From assembly GCF_009914755.1 (NCBI RefSeq), contig NC_060936.1: a stretch of 64,000 bases of DNA; one strand, 5' to 3'. The position numbers and the translations under genes were made by a program. The stretch's first letter is position 1. Every line of letters starts with the position of its first letter. Shown piece after piece: positions 13,010 to 25,200 of the stretch. Origin of the DNA: the human T2T-CHM13v2.0 reference genome, Homo sapiens. The notes beneath the pieces were generated by a model. That model saw nothing but the letters and a program-made list of their open reading frames with translations, was not told where the DNA came from and made no database searches.

Positions 13010-14359
13010 TCAGTGGAAGATTATTTATCCTCCTGCTGAGTTTCTAAAACTGATATTTATATTTACCATTTTTTTAATGATGGAGAGAGAAGATAGTTAT
13101 CTTACTTTGTTTGGCATAGGACCTATCATATTTGTGATGCTTGTAGTCATAGTTCTGTCACTAGAATGCCAGCAATTAGACATACAAATATAGTAACCTA
13201 ACTATTTTAATACAGTGTTTGAAGTGTTACAGGCAGTAACTGCTAAACACCTAATCACAGTGTTTTAACTTGTGACATATCAGAGAGAATTATAGGACTT
13301 TCTGCAGTATAAATGTCCTATTAACTAATTATTGTACTAAGTTATAGGGCTTTAACCCCTGGATCTAAAAAAGGCACTGACTCTTATTGCATTGACACCA
13401 GTCATCTTCAGACCTGTCAGAAGGTGGCAATCGAAATGAAATGCTTTTGTGAGACAAAGGGCCAGAAATTTAAACTATTCAATCCCTCTATGCTAAGACA
13501 CTATTACAGAAGAAGTAGACATGTGAGAGATAGTAAGGGTTGATGTTGAAAGATAAGATTGTCACTGGGACGTATGGGGTCCTTAGTACTTGTCTTCTCG
13601 GAAGAAGGAATTCAGCCAAGGGACATGCAGCAAGGGCTAAGTAGTAGCAGAGTTTATATAAAGTGACAGTACACTCTGAAAGACAAGGCAGAACAAGCTG
13701 CTTGGGAGAATGAGCTAGCATTGGCTAAAACAGGGAAATCCCCTTTGTGGGGATCTTACATGATTATTCACTAAGAAGATGTAAAGGGGTGCCACTAGCA
13801 AACATATTTTTGGCAGCTCTCTGGGTGCACTTGTATTATGGCCGTACATGCTAGTACATATGTTGTGTGTCTCACTGTCATCTTCAATTTCCTCCCAGGG
13901 GTGTATTTTTTACTATTATAATGAGCAAAGTCTACTCTAGGGTGAGTTATTTGAGGAGTGTGCATGCTTGTCAGGGGTTAAAGATTCTGCTGGTTATCTC
14001 CGGCCAGGGCCTAATAAGTCCCAGTCAAGACCAGATAAGCCCAACCACAAGGCCAGATGCAGCCATTGTAGCCACTGTTTTTTGCTGAGTCTCATTTAGA
14101 AGTATCTCCAAGGATGCCTTTCCCAGGGCTGCCTTTCATGCTCATGTCTATCTATCTGCCTACTCTAATGTTCCCCCCTCAAGCAATTGACACTCTGAAA
14201 ATCTTTGGATATAAGGATGTGTAGGTCTTCTATAATTATTTCCTGCTGACATAAGATGAAGAATACATCAGAGTCTCACTGTCTTCCTGTCTTGGAAGGA
14301 GTTCCTCCATTGTTTCCTGAAACTTTTGCCCATTGGCATCCAAACCAAGGTGTGTGCAT

Positions 14360-14760
14360 AGGTTTTGGGGCCTCCAGGTATAATTGATTGACATCCCTGC
14401 TGTAGTATCATTTGCAGACTGGTAGCCTGAATGTGGGAGAAAATTAATTTAGTTAATAAATTGATGAGGCAAGGACCTAAGAGGAGAAGGATCACAGTGG
14501 ACAGTGGGCCCACAGAGGAGGCCAGAATCAATTAAGGATGTTGCATGTCCCCAAAAATTGGCCTGTAGATGTTTACCTCTTTCTTGTAGCCATTGAATGC
14601 TGTCCTGTATGACTTCTGACTAGTTCACATAAAAGCAACATTCTTTTTTTACGTATAGCAGAGGTTCCTCCCTGAGCTGAGATGCTGATGTCTAAGGTGT
14701 GGTGGTTTTGGTGGACCATCCTCATGGGATAACATGGCATGCTCTTGTTGAGAGCTTAAA
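14360..14760 (-). pseudogene. env: Retroviral env transmembrane-subunit remnant
   Basis: Manual translation: ISD-like MVHQNHHTLDISISAQGGT, then a frameshift and ECCFYVN* (decayed CX6CC); ORF 14268-14531 gives GPLSTVILLLLGPCLINLLTKLIFSHIQATSLQMILQQG, a typical gammaretroviral TM anchor and tail. Confidence 0.85.
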
Positions 14761-15929
14761 ATTTCTGCAGCTCCTGTTACCACTTCACTTAATCTGGTTT
14801 CTAGCCCCAGAGCCATAAGTAAGGGGAGAAAAGCTATGGCTACTCTTGAGATGCAAACTTGGGAGGTAAGGGGGATAGGAACTGACTGGTTGGTTTAGGA
14901 AGGCCACATCACAGGAAAGACAAATCAGAGATAAACTTCCCCTCCAATTGTTAGGGAGGAATAGATATGCAACCACAAATAAAGTCTGACTCTTGCCAGC
15001 ATAGCTAGGGGAAATGGCTAACTGCACGTGTCCCCAGGCCTTACTTAGAATTTAATGGCTCTATATCAGGCAAGTTGAACACTTATCAAAAGTCACAGAA
15101 GCAGTTTATGACTTTAAAGCATTTAGTAGACCTAATATCTTACCTGCATAATTTATACCAAATGTCTAAATTTTGAAGACATTCTCATTTTATGTTACAA
15201 ATAATATTTAAAACTGTCTTTATTTGCCAAAGATTACTAAAGTCACATGAACTAAATGGCACTGAAGTTTCTATTTTCCTGAGAAAATATTTGACTTAAT
15301 CACTTTTTCTTTAAGCTAATTAATTAGCATTTTTATATGTACATCACAGACACTATATGTGTGTCTGTATGCATATGTGTGTATATATATACACACATAC
15401 ATACATATAGACAGAAGAAGTTTCAGTCGTTGTGAGATTTTTATTTGCCAGTTTTTACATTTTTCTTTCCCATTTTGCAACTTACACAGACCATCCGTAA
15501 CATGCTTGAACTTTCCAGCTTGTCCTAAACTTCCCTCTTTTCTAAGTATTTAGTCATTTTACTTTAGGACAAGAATTTACCATACAAGATCTTTCCTTAT
15601 ATAAAACTTATTTCATTTATAACCTTCTTTACCAAAAATGCATCTTCATATTCATAACTTTTTTATATCACTTTCCCCTACTTTGTGTTTTTTCTTTCTT
15701 TTTACCTTATTTTCATTTTCTTCTGTTCCCTATAAATAAGATTCCCAATATTGAGGCTATTTTATGTTAATGCAACATTATCTGTTTGATGTTTTGGATC
15801 TGAAAACTCTGAGATGAGAAAGGAGAAGGCATTTACTTATCTTTTTGTTTGAAGAGAAACTTCAGGTCCTCCAGTGGTTCACAAAAGTAACTGGGTGTTT
15901 GTTCTGTTTCTAGTTATTTGGAGCCTTTC

Positions 15930-16060
15930 TAGGTATTTATGTGGGAATGATGGATCCAACTATGGATATCAGAAATCTTAATTGTTGTTGGAGTGGAAAG
16001 TAACACAGTGAAAAGTCTTTTCCATAAAGGGATTTGTTGGGATTTAGGGGACCCATTTTT
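15930..16060 (-). pseudogene. pol: Integrase C-terminal remnant
   Basis: Manual translation PLWKRLFTVLLSTPTTIKISDIHSWIHHSHIN matches the gamma-type WxGPxxVLLxTPTAxKV...WIHxS motif. Confidence 0.8.
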
Positions 16061-16139
16061 CAGATTTTAATAAGGACCTGAGCCAACTATGGCCAACTTT
16101 TAAAATATTTTTCCTAGTGTCTGAGGCAGTTTGGGTATT

Positions 16140-16800
16140 GCAGTTCCAACTGGGATCCTGATGAGGAATGCACATGGCCTCAGCAGGCCTACATGTAGGT
16201 CATCCCCACAGTGGAGTGCTGCCTCACTGATGGTTTGACTTTTTCTCATGAGAAGGCTTGTCCTAGCAGATATAAAAAACCTTTATTAATCTAAAGGTAA
16301 ATGTCAATTCTGAAAGCCCTTTATGAGTCTCTTGGGGTCACCCAACAACTTTCCTAGGTTTTCCGTAACTTGGCAAAAGTCCTACCTGGTAAAGAGGACC
16401 TGGACCTGGGTTTGTCTGGTTGGTTCACTTACCTCTTGTAATGGGCAGAGCCTGGAGGAAGAGCCAGGGGGTGGCTGTTTCTCCCTCTTTGGCCTCTGGA
16501 GGAGGAGGCTGAGGGGAGTGTGCATGAGAGTTTCCAAGTCTTCTCCATGGGCTCTGGATCAGGTGTCTAAGCATAGTTAAGACAGTGGCATCTACTTTAC
16601 AAGCTTTACAAAGGTGAGGGTCTTCCCTTAAGACCATGAAGGTTTGTAAATAGGGGACCTCTGACTATTTGTCCTGATGGTGGCAGAAAAGGTCCATCTG
16701 AAGGATAGTATTAAAATTTGTACTTCCATTCTTTGGCCAGGATTTTCATAGTTATGTAAAGGAAAATTAGTTTTATCTTTTTAGTTCTAGGGTTTGAAAG
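16140..16800 (-). pseudogene. gag: gag remnant (MA, proline-rich linker, start of CA)
   Basis: Manual translation WPKNGSTNFNTILQMDLFCHHQDK*SEVPYLQTFMVLREDPHLCKAC (class I ERV MA motif), then ENLGKLLGDPKRLIKGFQ and QDPSWN-like CA motifs; stops and frameshifts present. Confidence 0.85.
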
Positions 16801-16910
16801 TCAAATTTATTTCAATTTTTAAGGGTACATTTGAGTGGGGGAAATCCTGGGGTATGGAGATCTGGATTCCTGGTGACCTGGTCTATTAAGAGTCCCATTC
16901 ATCGTGCCAC

Positions 16911-17356
16911 TGTTACCAAAACACCAGGAGTTTGGTTTAGGTCCTGCTACTCACCACACAGAAAGCCAACCACTGAGACAACAACAATTTCCAAGGAAGA
17001 AGGCTTTAATAACATGCTGCAGCCAAAACAGGAGATCAGTCTCAATTACATCTCCTTGATTAACTAAAATGAGGGGTTTATACAACAGGGAAGAAATGTA
17101 ACAATGTTGGAAAACAGGAACTAGGGAGGGGTAAGGAAATAATCATGACCAATGAGGGGTGTGTCATCTCATATCTGGATGATTTTCAGATCTGGTGAGT
17201 TTCAGTTCTTTGATACTATTTTTGAGATGCAGGAAAGTCATTTCCTGAGGAAGGAACTCAGATAAATATAAATTTCAAGCTTTAAGATCAGAAAGGTCAA
17301 TTTCTGTTTATCCAAAAAAAAAAAAATCTGTCTATGGGACTATCAAGTGGGTTTCA
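16911..17356 (-). mobile_element. LOR1-type solo LTR (short, LOR1b-like) inside the nested provirus
   Basis: TGTTACC...GTTTCA is the reverse complement of the host LTR termini (TGAAAC...GGTAACA); flanks ccac / cacc give only a partial TSD. Confidence 0.85.
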
Positions 17357-18661
17357 CACCCACTAGAGCTTGCAGAGAAAGGACCTCAACAAAGTGCCCT
17401 TCGATGAGTCTACAAGTTCTGGCATTAGGAATCTCATGGTTCAGATGTGTCCTTGACATAACCCAAATGAAAGAGAGAAGGAAATCAGAAAGGTCCTACC
17501 TGAAAAAGAAGACAAGGGAATCACACTTGTTTTCTCATTCAACCTTTTATCCAGGGGGCCTGGATCCTGTAGAAAAATATTACTCATCTGAAAGAGAAGA
17601 AAAGGGAGTATTCCTGTTCTCTCAGGCTCACCAACCTGCACCCAGGCCTCCCTGGGGCCCACATGGACCAACTTCCCCTGGAGGGAGTGTTTATGGAGCA
17701 GCTCCCATCTCAAGGGAGTGCTCATTGCCCAAGCATCTGCAGCCCTTTGGGCTTTGGAAAATAGAAGGCTTCCTGAGCCATGTAGGACAAGTAGTAGGCC
17801 TGATTTTATGACAGGAATGTTTGTGTCTAACTGAATTGATTCCCATCTTTATTTTTCTTGTGGTGTGTGAGTGGCCTTACCCATTAGGTTTTTTAGGTCC
17901 CATAAAGGGATTCTGGCTGAAAATGTGTTTTACCCAGTAACTAAAGTCTTTCTCTGCACAGAGGAGACAAAACTCCATTTGCCCTGGATAAGTGCAGAGG
18001 AGTCCTGACATACACAACAGAAAGGACCTCTAAATCAACCTGGTGGATCAGAGATAAAAGGGCAGAATGGACAAAAGTCTCCAGATACAAGTGTGCCAGT
18101 AAAGTAAGAATATAACTGGGGTGTCCTGAGATCTGTGAAGGACAAAGGGCCTAAAGGGCAAGGGACCTGGAAAATACTTCCTGAATTTGGTTTACCATCC
18201 TGTTTTAAAATGAAGAAATAGATCAAATAACGAGTCTGTCCCATGTATGCCTTTGAGCCCCATATGTGCAAATATAAAAAGAAATTAAATCCCAACTCGA
18301 GGGGATCAGGTAAAGAACCAAAAGACAAGAGAAAGGACAATGCCTAACTTTATTACTGGGGAAAAATTAATGTAGAGTTCAAGGGAGGGCCCACTGACTT
18401 AGACTACATGGTGTGGACCTGGAAGCCCTCCCAACTCTGCTTGTCACCTGTCAGGGTGACCTGAGAAATCCAACGTAGGGAGCAAAGTCACAATGACTGA
18501 GAGAATTGTCCTGGAGATTTGCAAGTAAGTGAGAGAGAAAAAAAAAAAAAAGGCTTGCCTTAAAACAGCAAGAATGGCATTAGGAGTAGGAGGTTTTTCT
18601 CTAATCTTTAGTAAAGCAAAGAAGCAGAGGTAGTCAACCAGGTAGTCTGGGACCACCATAG

Positions 18662-18711
18662 CACTTACCCTGCAGAACAGTTCACAGGTTAGGCAATCAG
18701 TCATGACACCA
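18662..18711 (-). promoter_or_regulatory. tRNA-His-like primer binding site and leader splice donor of the nested ERV
   Basis: Minus strand TGGTGTCATGACTGAT versus tRNA-His PBS TGGTGCCGTGACTCGGAT, 5 nt after the LTR; CAGG|GTAAGT about 20 nt downstream. Confidence 0.65.
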
Positions 18712-21370
18712 AAATATGTTTCCAGGAAGTGTGGAGTCCTTAGTTCTTATCTTCTCGGAAGATAGAATTCAGCCAAGAGACATGCAACAAAGCTTAAGTA
18801 GTAGCAGAATTTATTTCAAGTGACACTATGAAATAAAGGAACCTTCTCTGAAAGACAAGGCAGAGCAGGGTGCTTGAGAGAATGAGCCAACGTTGGCCAA
18901 CATTGAGGAAGCCCCTCTGTTGGGGTCTTAAACATGATTATTCATGAAAAGAGTGTTACTACCAAGCATGTTTTGCATGGTCCCCTGGCACACATGTGTT
19001 ATGGCCATACATGCTAGTACACATGTTGCATGTCTCAGTAGCATCTTAAATCTCCACCCATGGGTGTATTTTTTACTATTATAATGAGCAAAAGGCCACT
19101 CTAGGGTGAGTTATTTGAGTATTGTGCATTATTTTCAGGAGGTAAAGTCCCTACCATGCTTATCTGCAGCAAGGGCCTGCAGTCCCAGTCAGGGCTAGAT
19201 AAGCCCAAGCACAAAGCCAGATGTAGCCTTTGGAGTCCTTGTATTTTGCAGACTCTCAGTGGGTTGCAACCCCAGAGATTCTTTTCCCAGAGCCTCCCTT
19301 TCACAGGGCTGCCTTTCCTGCTCATGTCTGTCTATCTGCCTACTCTAACAAGACTAGTGCAGAGTTTTTCTATAAATCAAACTTAATATCAAGAGCACAC
19401 TGCTTCAAGGTCAGTATTTGGGCCCCTGTGTTGGAATAAGAGGATTTTCTTGCAGCAATGACCTGCTCTTTAATAGAAAATTGTAAAATATTTAAAAGGT
19501 TTTTGGAAATCTTACTTTGTGGTTGGCCAAACTGATCAAAATTAGATAGGATTTCTTATAAGGTGTCATTAAAATTAGCTTTACCCTTAATAATACACCA
19601 TCCAAAAGTATAATTTGGCTTTCTCTTTTGAACAAAGCTTTTGTATATTAATGAGATAATAAAATATATTTGTTTATCTTTTGAACAAACTGCAGGGAAA
19701 AGATGGAGGGAGGAGACACAGATGTGGTTGGCCTCATGCTGTCTTTATTAAGTCTTAGTGTTTAGGAAACTAAGTCTTCTCTCTATCAAACAGTAAACAT
19801 TTTTGTTTTATCACTTTGGCTAAATAAATGACTATTTTATAGTGATGTATTATCTATTTTTGTAATGTCAAGTGTCTTAACCCTTTCATATTTGACAAAC
19901 TTTCCAAAAGCAAAATTTTAAGTTCCAAATTTGGTCTTTTTGACCTCAAACTAACATTTTTTGGATATTAGGTCCCCTTAAGTTCAAAAGAGACATATTA
20001 GGCTTATTTGGTATTTTAGAATTATACAGGTAACATTGTCAAATGTGAGATGGTATTTACCTTTTTGGGGGTTATATTTAGATAGATGTGTTGTTAACAT
20101 GTGTTCCAAGATTGTATAATGTTCCAGAAATTCTGATATGTTTTAATATATATCAGTAATTATTATAATTATTATGGTAAATTGTTGCATGCCACAGAAA
20201 TAACCAAATTTCCTTGGCAACTGTGTCTTTAACTATGGCTGCCATAAGACTTTTATCATCCACAATTGTTGTTTAGTGTTGATTCCTCTCAAAGAGTGAC
20301 TTATAATCAGCTACAATCCAGGGCTTGCTTCTTTGGGGAAGCTCGTGAAAAGGACTTGAATGCAGATTTATGATTACTTTGGAGATTGTGCCATAAGATT
20401 AGAGAGAAAACTTTCAGTACTCTAATTAAAAGGCTGATGTGTTCACAAAGATGACTAACTCAATATGAAGGAGAGGAGGAGTTGATTGCTTGACTTGAAG
20501 TAATGAAAGATGGAAATGATTTTAATAGCTTTTTTTAGCTTGAAATATTACTACATTTTATTGTTTTGTTTTTCAGAGTCTAGAGAATTCTTTTCTTTTG
20601 AGGTATTGATAGCCTTTAACAATAGATTATACTCTGGTAAACAGAATTTAAGGCATGTTTCTCTCTGCCTAATTTCTCCAGAATTCATAAACTATTTGTA
20701 AATATTAATTCATGGCAATGTGTTTGTTTCCATAAGCTCAATAAGAACTTATTTTCTTTTATAATGAGACACAGTTGGAGGAATTGGTTATTTTTACAGG
20801 GCTTTGACTGAAATGGCCTTCCAAGAAGTTGTAGCAAAGTCAATTTAGGAGAGCCAAGGTGGACAATGATTCTTGCTGCACTTTGTGTGTGAAATAGGGC
20901 CAGGTATATGAGACTGAAGCTCGTTTTGCAAGAAGGTTTGTCTGGATGTGATTTATCTTCGGTGGAAGTATAGGGCTGGAGAGAGAAAGGTTGTTTTTCA
21001 GAAGAAAACTATAGTATTGATTAATCTTTGATTGTTAGGTGGCCATGAGGTCACCCATGATATGGAGCTGCCCACAACATCCCTCCAGCATGAAGCAGGC
21101 AGAAAATCAATCCCCAGGATTGAGGAATAGATAAATAGAAAGAGAGGGACTGAAACTGGGCCAACTGTCCTATTGAACTGATGTTTATGGTTTATTTTGA
21201 ATAAACATAGAAATTGACCCTCCCAGTCTTAAAATTCGAGAGAGTTGCAACTGTCTTATCTGAGTTCTTTTCTCAGGAAATCCACCATCAGGCCTCCCAG
21301 ATAGTATCAAGGATCTGAAACTTACCAAATCTTTGCATCTGGACCACAAGGAACCAGACCCCTTATCCAC

Positions 21371-21721
21371 TGATATGATTTGACTCTGTCCCCACCCAAA
21401 TCTCATTTTGAATTCCCACATGTTGTGGGAGGCAGTCGGTGGGAGATAATTGAATCATGGAGGCAGGTTTTTCCCATGCTGTTCTCATGATAGTGAATAC
21501 ATCTCACAAAATCTGATGGTTCTATAAGGGAGAATTTCCCTGCACAAGCTCTCTGCCTGCTGCCATCCATGTAAAATATGACTTGCTGCTCCTTGCCTTC
21601 TGCCATGATTATGAGGCCTCCCCAGCCACGTGGAACTGTAAGTCCATTAAATCCTTTTTCCTGTATAAATTACCCAGTGTTGGGTATGTCTTTCTCAGCA
21701 GCATGAGAATGGACTAATACA
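21371..21721 (+). mobile_element. THE1 (MaLR) solo LTR inserted in the 3' LTR of provirus #1
   Basis: TGATATG...CTAATACA with THE1 motifs 'tgtccccacccaaatctcat' and 'tataaattacccag'; TSD tccac / cccac; LOR1 LTR resumes across it. Confidence 0.93.
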
Positions 21722-22224
21722 CCCACCATGATTGTCTAAATGACCACCTGTTTCCTGTTAACCAACTCCTCTTCTTCACCCCTCCCTGATACCTGTTTTC
21801 CTGCATGTAGTTACATTTCTGCTCTATAAACCTTTAATTTTAGTCTGCTAGAGAGATGGATTTGAGACTGATCTCCCATCTCCTTGGCTGCCAAATAAAA
21901 CCTTCTTCTCTGGCAATCCTAGTTGTTTCAATCACTGGCTTTTTGTGCTATGAGCAGCAGGACCCAGACTGAACCCCTGGTGTTTTGTTAACAGTACCTT
22001 ATGTTCAATTGGATGTTAGTCACCTTTAGTCATCTTTTTTTTAACCTGAACTATGTACAACCTAAAAAAACAGCCAAACTTGATAGCATCATGAAATGTT
22101 AATAATGAATGTGCATTATTAGAATCTGGCCTTCACTCATGGTTTTGCATGTCTGCTATATTGAAACTCATCTGTAGGAGCACATGTAGTGGAGTCTGGA
22201 TAGGTATGTCAGTAAGGATTTTTC

Positions 22225-25200
22225 TTTTTTTCTTTTTTTCTTTTTTATACTTTGAATGTTTATTTTAGATTCGGGGGTACATGTGCAGGTTTGTTACATG
22301 GTTATATTGCATGTTACTGAGGTTTAGGATACAAATAATCCCAAAACCTAGGTAATGAGCATAGTATAAAATAGCATAAAGTAATAGTTGGATCATGTCT
22401 TCCTACTGTCTCTTTGCTACTTCGCCACTCTGCTACATGTTTTTCCTGCTGTCTAGCAGTTCCAATGTCTATCGTTGCCATCTTTACATTAAGGAGTACC
22501 CAAAGTTTATGTCCTACTTATTTTTATTTCTATAATTTTAACTTTTATTTTACATACAGAGGAAGTATGTGGAAGTTTGTTACATAAGTATCTTGTGTGA
22601 TGATGAGATTTCGGGTATGGCTCCCATCTCCCAGATAGTAAACATGTACCCAGTAGGTAGTTTTTCTTTTGATGCCCCCTCCATATCTGACCCCTGTGTT
22701 AGGGCAGTGTTTGTCATTCCCATCTTTATGTTCATGAGTACCCAATGTTTATCTCCCACTTATAAGTGAGAACATGCAGTATTTTGTTTATGCTGCTACA
22801 TAACTCACTTAGGATTAGGGCCTCAAGTTGCATCCATGATGCTACAAAGGACATAATTTCATTTTTACGGCTGCATAGTATTCATGGTGTATACATACCA
22901 TATTTTCTTTATCCAATCCACCACTGACGGCCTAGGTTGATTCCATGTATTTTCTATTGTGAATAATGCTGCAATGAACATATAAGTGCATATGGCTTTT
23001 GGTCAAACAATTTTTTCTCTTTTGGATATATACCCAGTAATGGGATTGCTGGGTGGAATGATAGCTCTGTTTTAAGTCCTTTGAGAAATCTCCAAACTAT
23101 TTTCCACAGTGGCTGAGCTAATTTGCATTCCCATCAGCAATGTATAGGTGTTCCCTTTTCTCTGCAGCCTCACCAGCATCTGTTATTATATGACTTTTTC
23201 ACAATAGCCATTCTGACTGTGTGAGATGGTTCCTTACTGTGGTTTTGATTTGCCTTTCTCTGATAATTAGTGATCTCAAGCACTTTTTCATGTTTGTTGG
23301 CTGCTTGTATGTCTTCTTTTGAGTGTCTGTTCATGTCCTTTGCCCACTTTTTACTGGGGTTATTTGTTTTTTGCTTGTTAAATTGTCTTTTTTATAGATT
23401 TTAGATATTAGACCTTTTTCAGATGCATCGTTTGCAAATATTGTCTCCCATTCTGAAGGTTGTTTACTCTGTTTGTGGTTTATTTTGCTGCACAGAAGCT
23501 CTTTAGTTTAATTAGGTCCCAATTGTCAATTTTTGTTTTTGTTTCAATTGCTTTCAGAAACTTATTCTTTTTTCTTTCTTTTCTTTTTTTTTTTTTTTTT
23601 TTTGAGATGGAGTCTCGCTCTGTCACTCAGGCTGGAGTGCAGTGGCACAATCTCCGTTCACTGTAAGATCCACCCCTTGGGTTCATGCCATTCTCCTGTC
23701 TCAGCCTCCTGAGTAACTGGGACTACAGGCGCCCGCCACCCTGCCCGGCTAGGTCTTTTTGTATTTTTAGTAGAGATAGGGTTTCACCGTGTTTGCCAGG
23801 ATGGTCTCAATCTCCTGACCTAGTGATCTGCCCTCCTTAGCCTCCCAAAGTGCTGGGATTACAGGCATGAGCCACCGTGCCTGGCCAGAAACTTATCATT
23901 CTTTCCCAAGGCCAATGTCCAGAATGGTGTTTTCTAGGTTTTCTTCTAGAATTCTTATAGTCAGAGGTCTTACATTTAAATATTTAACTCTCCTAGAGTT
24001 AATTTTTGTATATGGTCACAGGTAAGGGTCCATTTACATTCTTCTGCAAGTAACTAGCCAGCTATCCCAGCGCCATTGATTGACTAGGGAGTCCTTTCTC
24101 CATTGCTTATTTTTGTCAACTTTGTTGACGATCAGATGGCTCTAGGTGTGTAGTTTTATTTCTGGGTTTCCTATTCTGTTCCACTGGTCTGTGTATATGT
24201 TTTTGTACCAGAGCCATGCTGTTTTGGTTACTGTAGACTTACAGTATAGTTTGAAGTTGGGTAATGTGATGCCGCCAGCTTTGTTGCTTTTGCTTAGGAT
24301 TGCTTTGGCTATTGAAGCACTTTTTGATTCCATATGAATTTTAGAATAGTTTTTTCTAATTCCGTGAATAATGGCATTGGTAGTTTGATAGGCATAGCAT
24401 TGGATCTGTAGATTGCTTTAGGCTCTATGGCCATTTTAATGATATTTATTCTTCCAATCCTTGAGCATGGAATGCTTTTGCATTTGTATATGTATCTTTC
24501 AATGGTGTTTTGTAGTTCTCATTGTAGAGATCTTTCACCTCATTGGTTAGACATATTCCTAAGTTTTTTTTTGTATGTGTGGCTATTGTAAATGGGATTG
24601 CATTCTTGATTTGGCTCTCAGCTTGCACATTATTGGTGTATAGAAATGCTACTAATTTTTGTACATTGATTTTTTATTCTGAAACTTTCCTGAAATTGTT
24701 TACCAGTTCCAGGAGCCTTTTGGCAGACTCTTTAGGGTTTTCCAGGTATAGAATCATATCATCCACGAAGAGAGAGAGTTTGATTTCTTATTTTCCTATT
24801 TGGTTGCCTTTCATTTCTCTGTTTTGTCTGATTGCTCTGGCTAAAACTTCCCATAGTATGTTGAATAGGAGTGGTGAGAGTAGGCATCCTTGTCTTGTTC
24901 CATTTCTCAAAGGAAATGCTTTCAACTTTCATCCATTTAGTATGATGTTGGTTGTGGCTTTGTCATAGATGTCTCATGTATTTTTAGGTATGTTCCTTTG
25001 ATGCCTAGTTTGTTGAGGGTTTTTATCATGAAAGAATGTTGAATTTTATCAAAAGTTTTTCTGTGTCTATTGAGATTATTATATGGATTTTGTTTTTAAT
25101 TGTTTTTGTGGTGAATGACATTTATTGATTTGTGTACGTTGAACCAACCTTGCATCCCAGGAATGAAGCCTACTTGATTATGGTGAATTAACTTGTTGAT

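Larger units (their letters stand above)
13560..19350 (-). mobile_element. Nested complete ERV1 provirus (LTRs resemble the MER66/LTR27 group; family uncertain)
   Basis: Homologous LTRs 13560-14170 and 18717-19350; TSD AGAT/AGAC; PPT (ttgaggggggaa on minus) at 14171-14182; PBS at 18694-18711; gag/IN/env remnants; empty site 'aataagattaattcagag' in provirus #2 (~46601). Confidence 0.9.

Noticed and set aside
14268-14531. Syncytin-like domesticated env
   Set aside because: Only the TM C-terminus is open; the ISD/CX6CC region has a frameshift and a stop, and no SU is recognisable
17347-17811. 154-aa ORF inside the nested ERV
   Set aside because: Antisense to the provirus leader, no recognisable motif, begins in the solo LTR end
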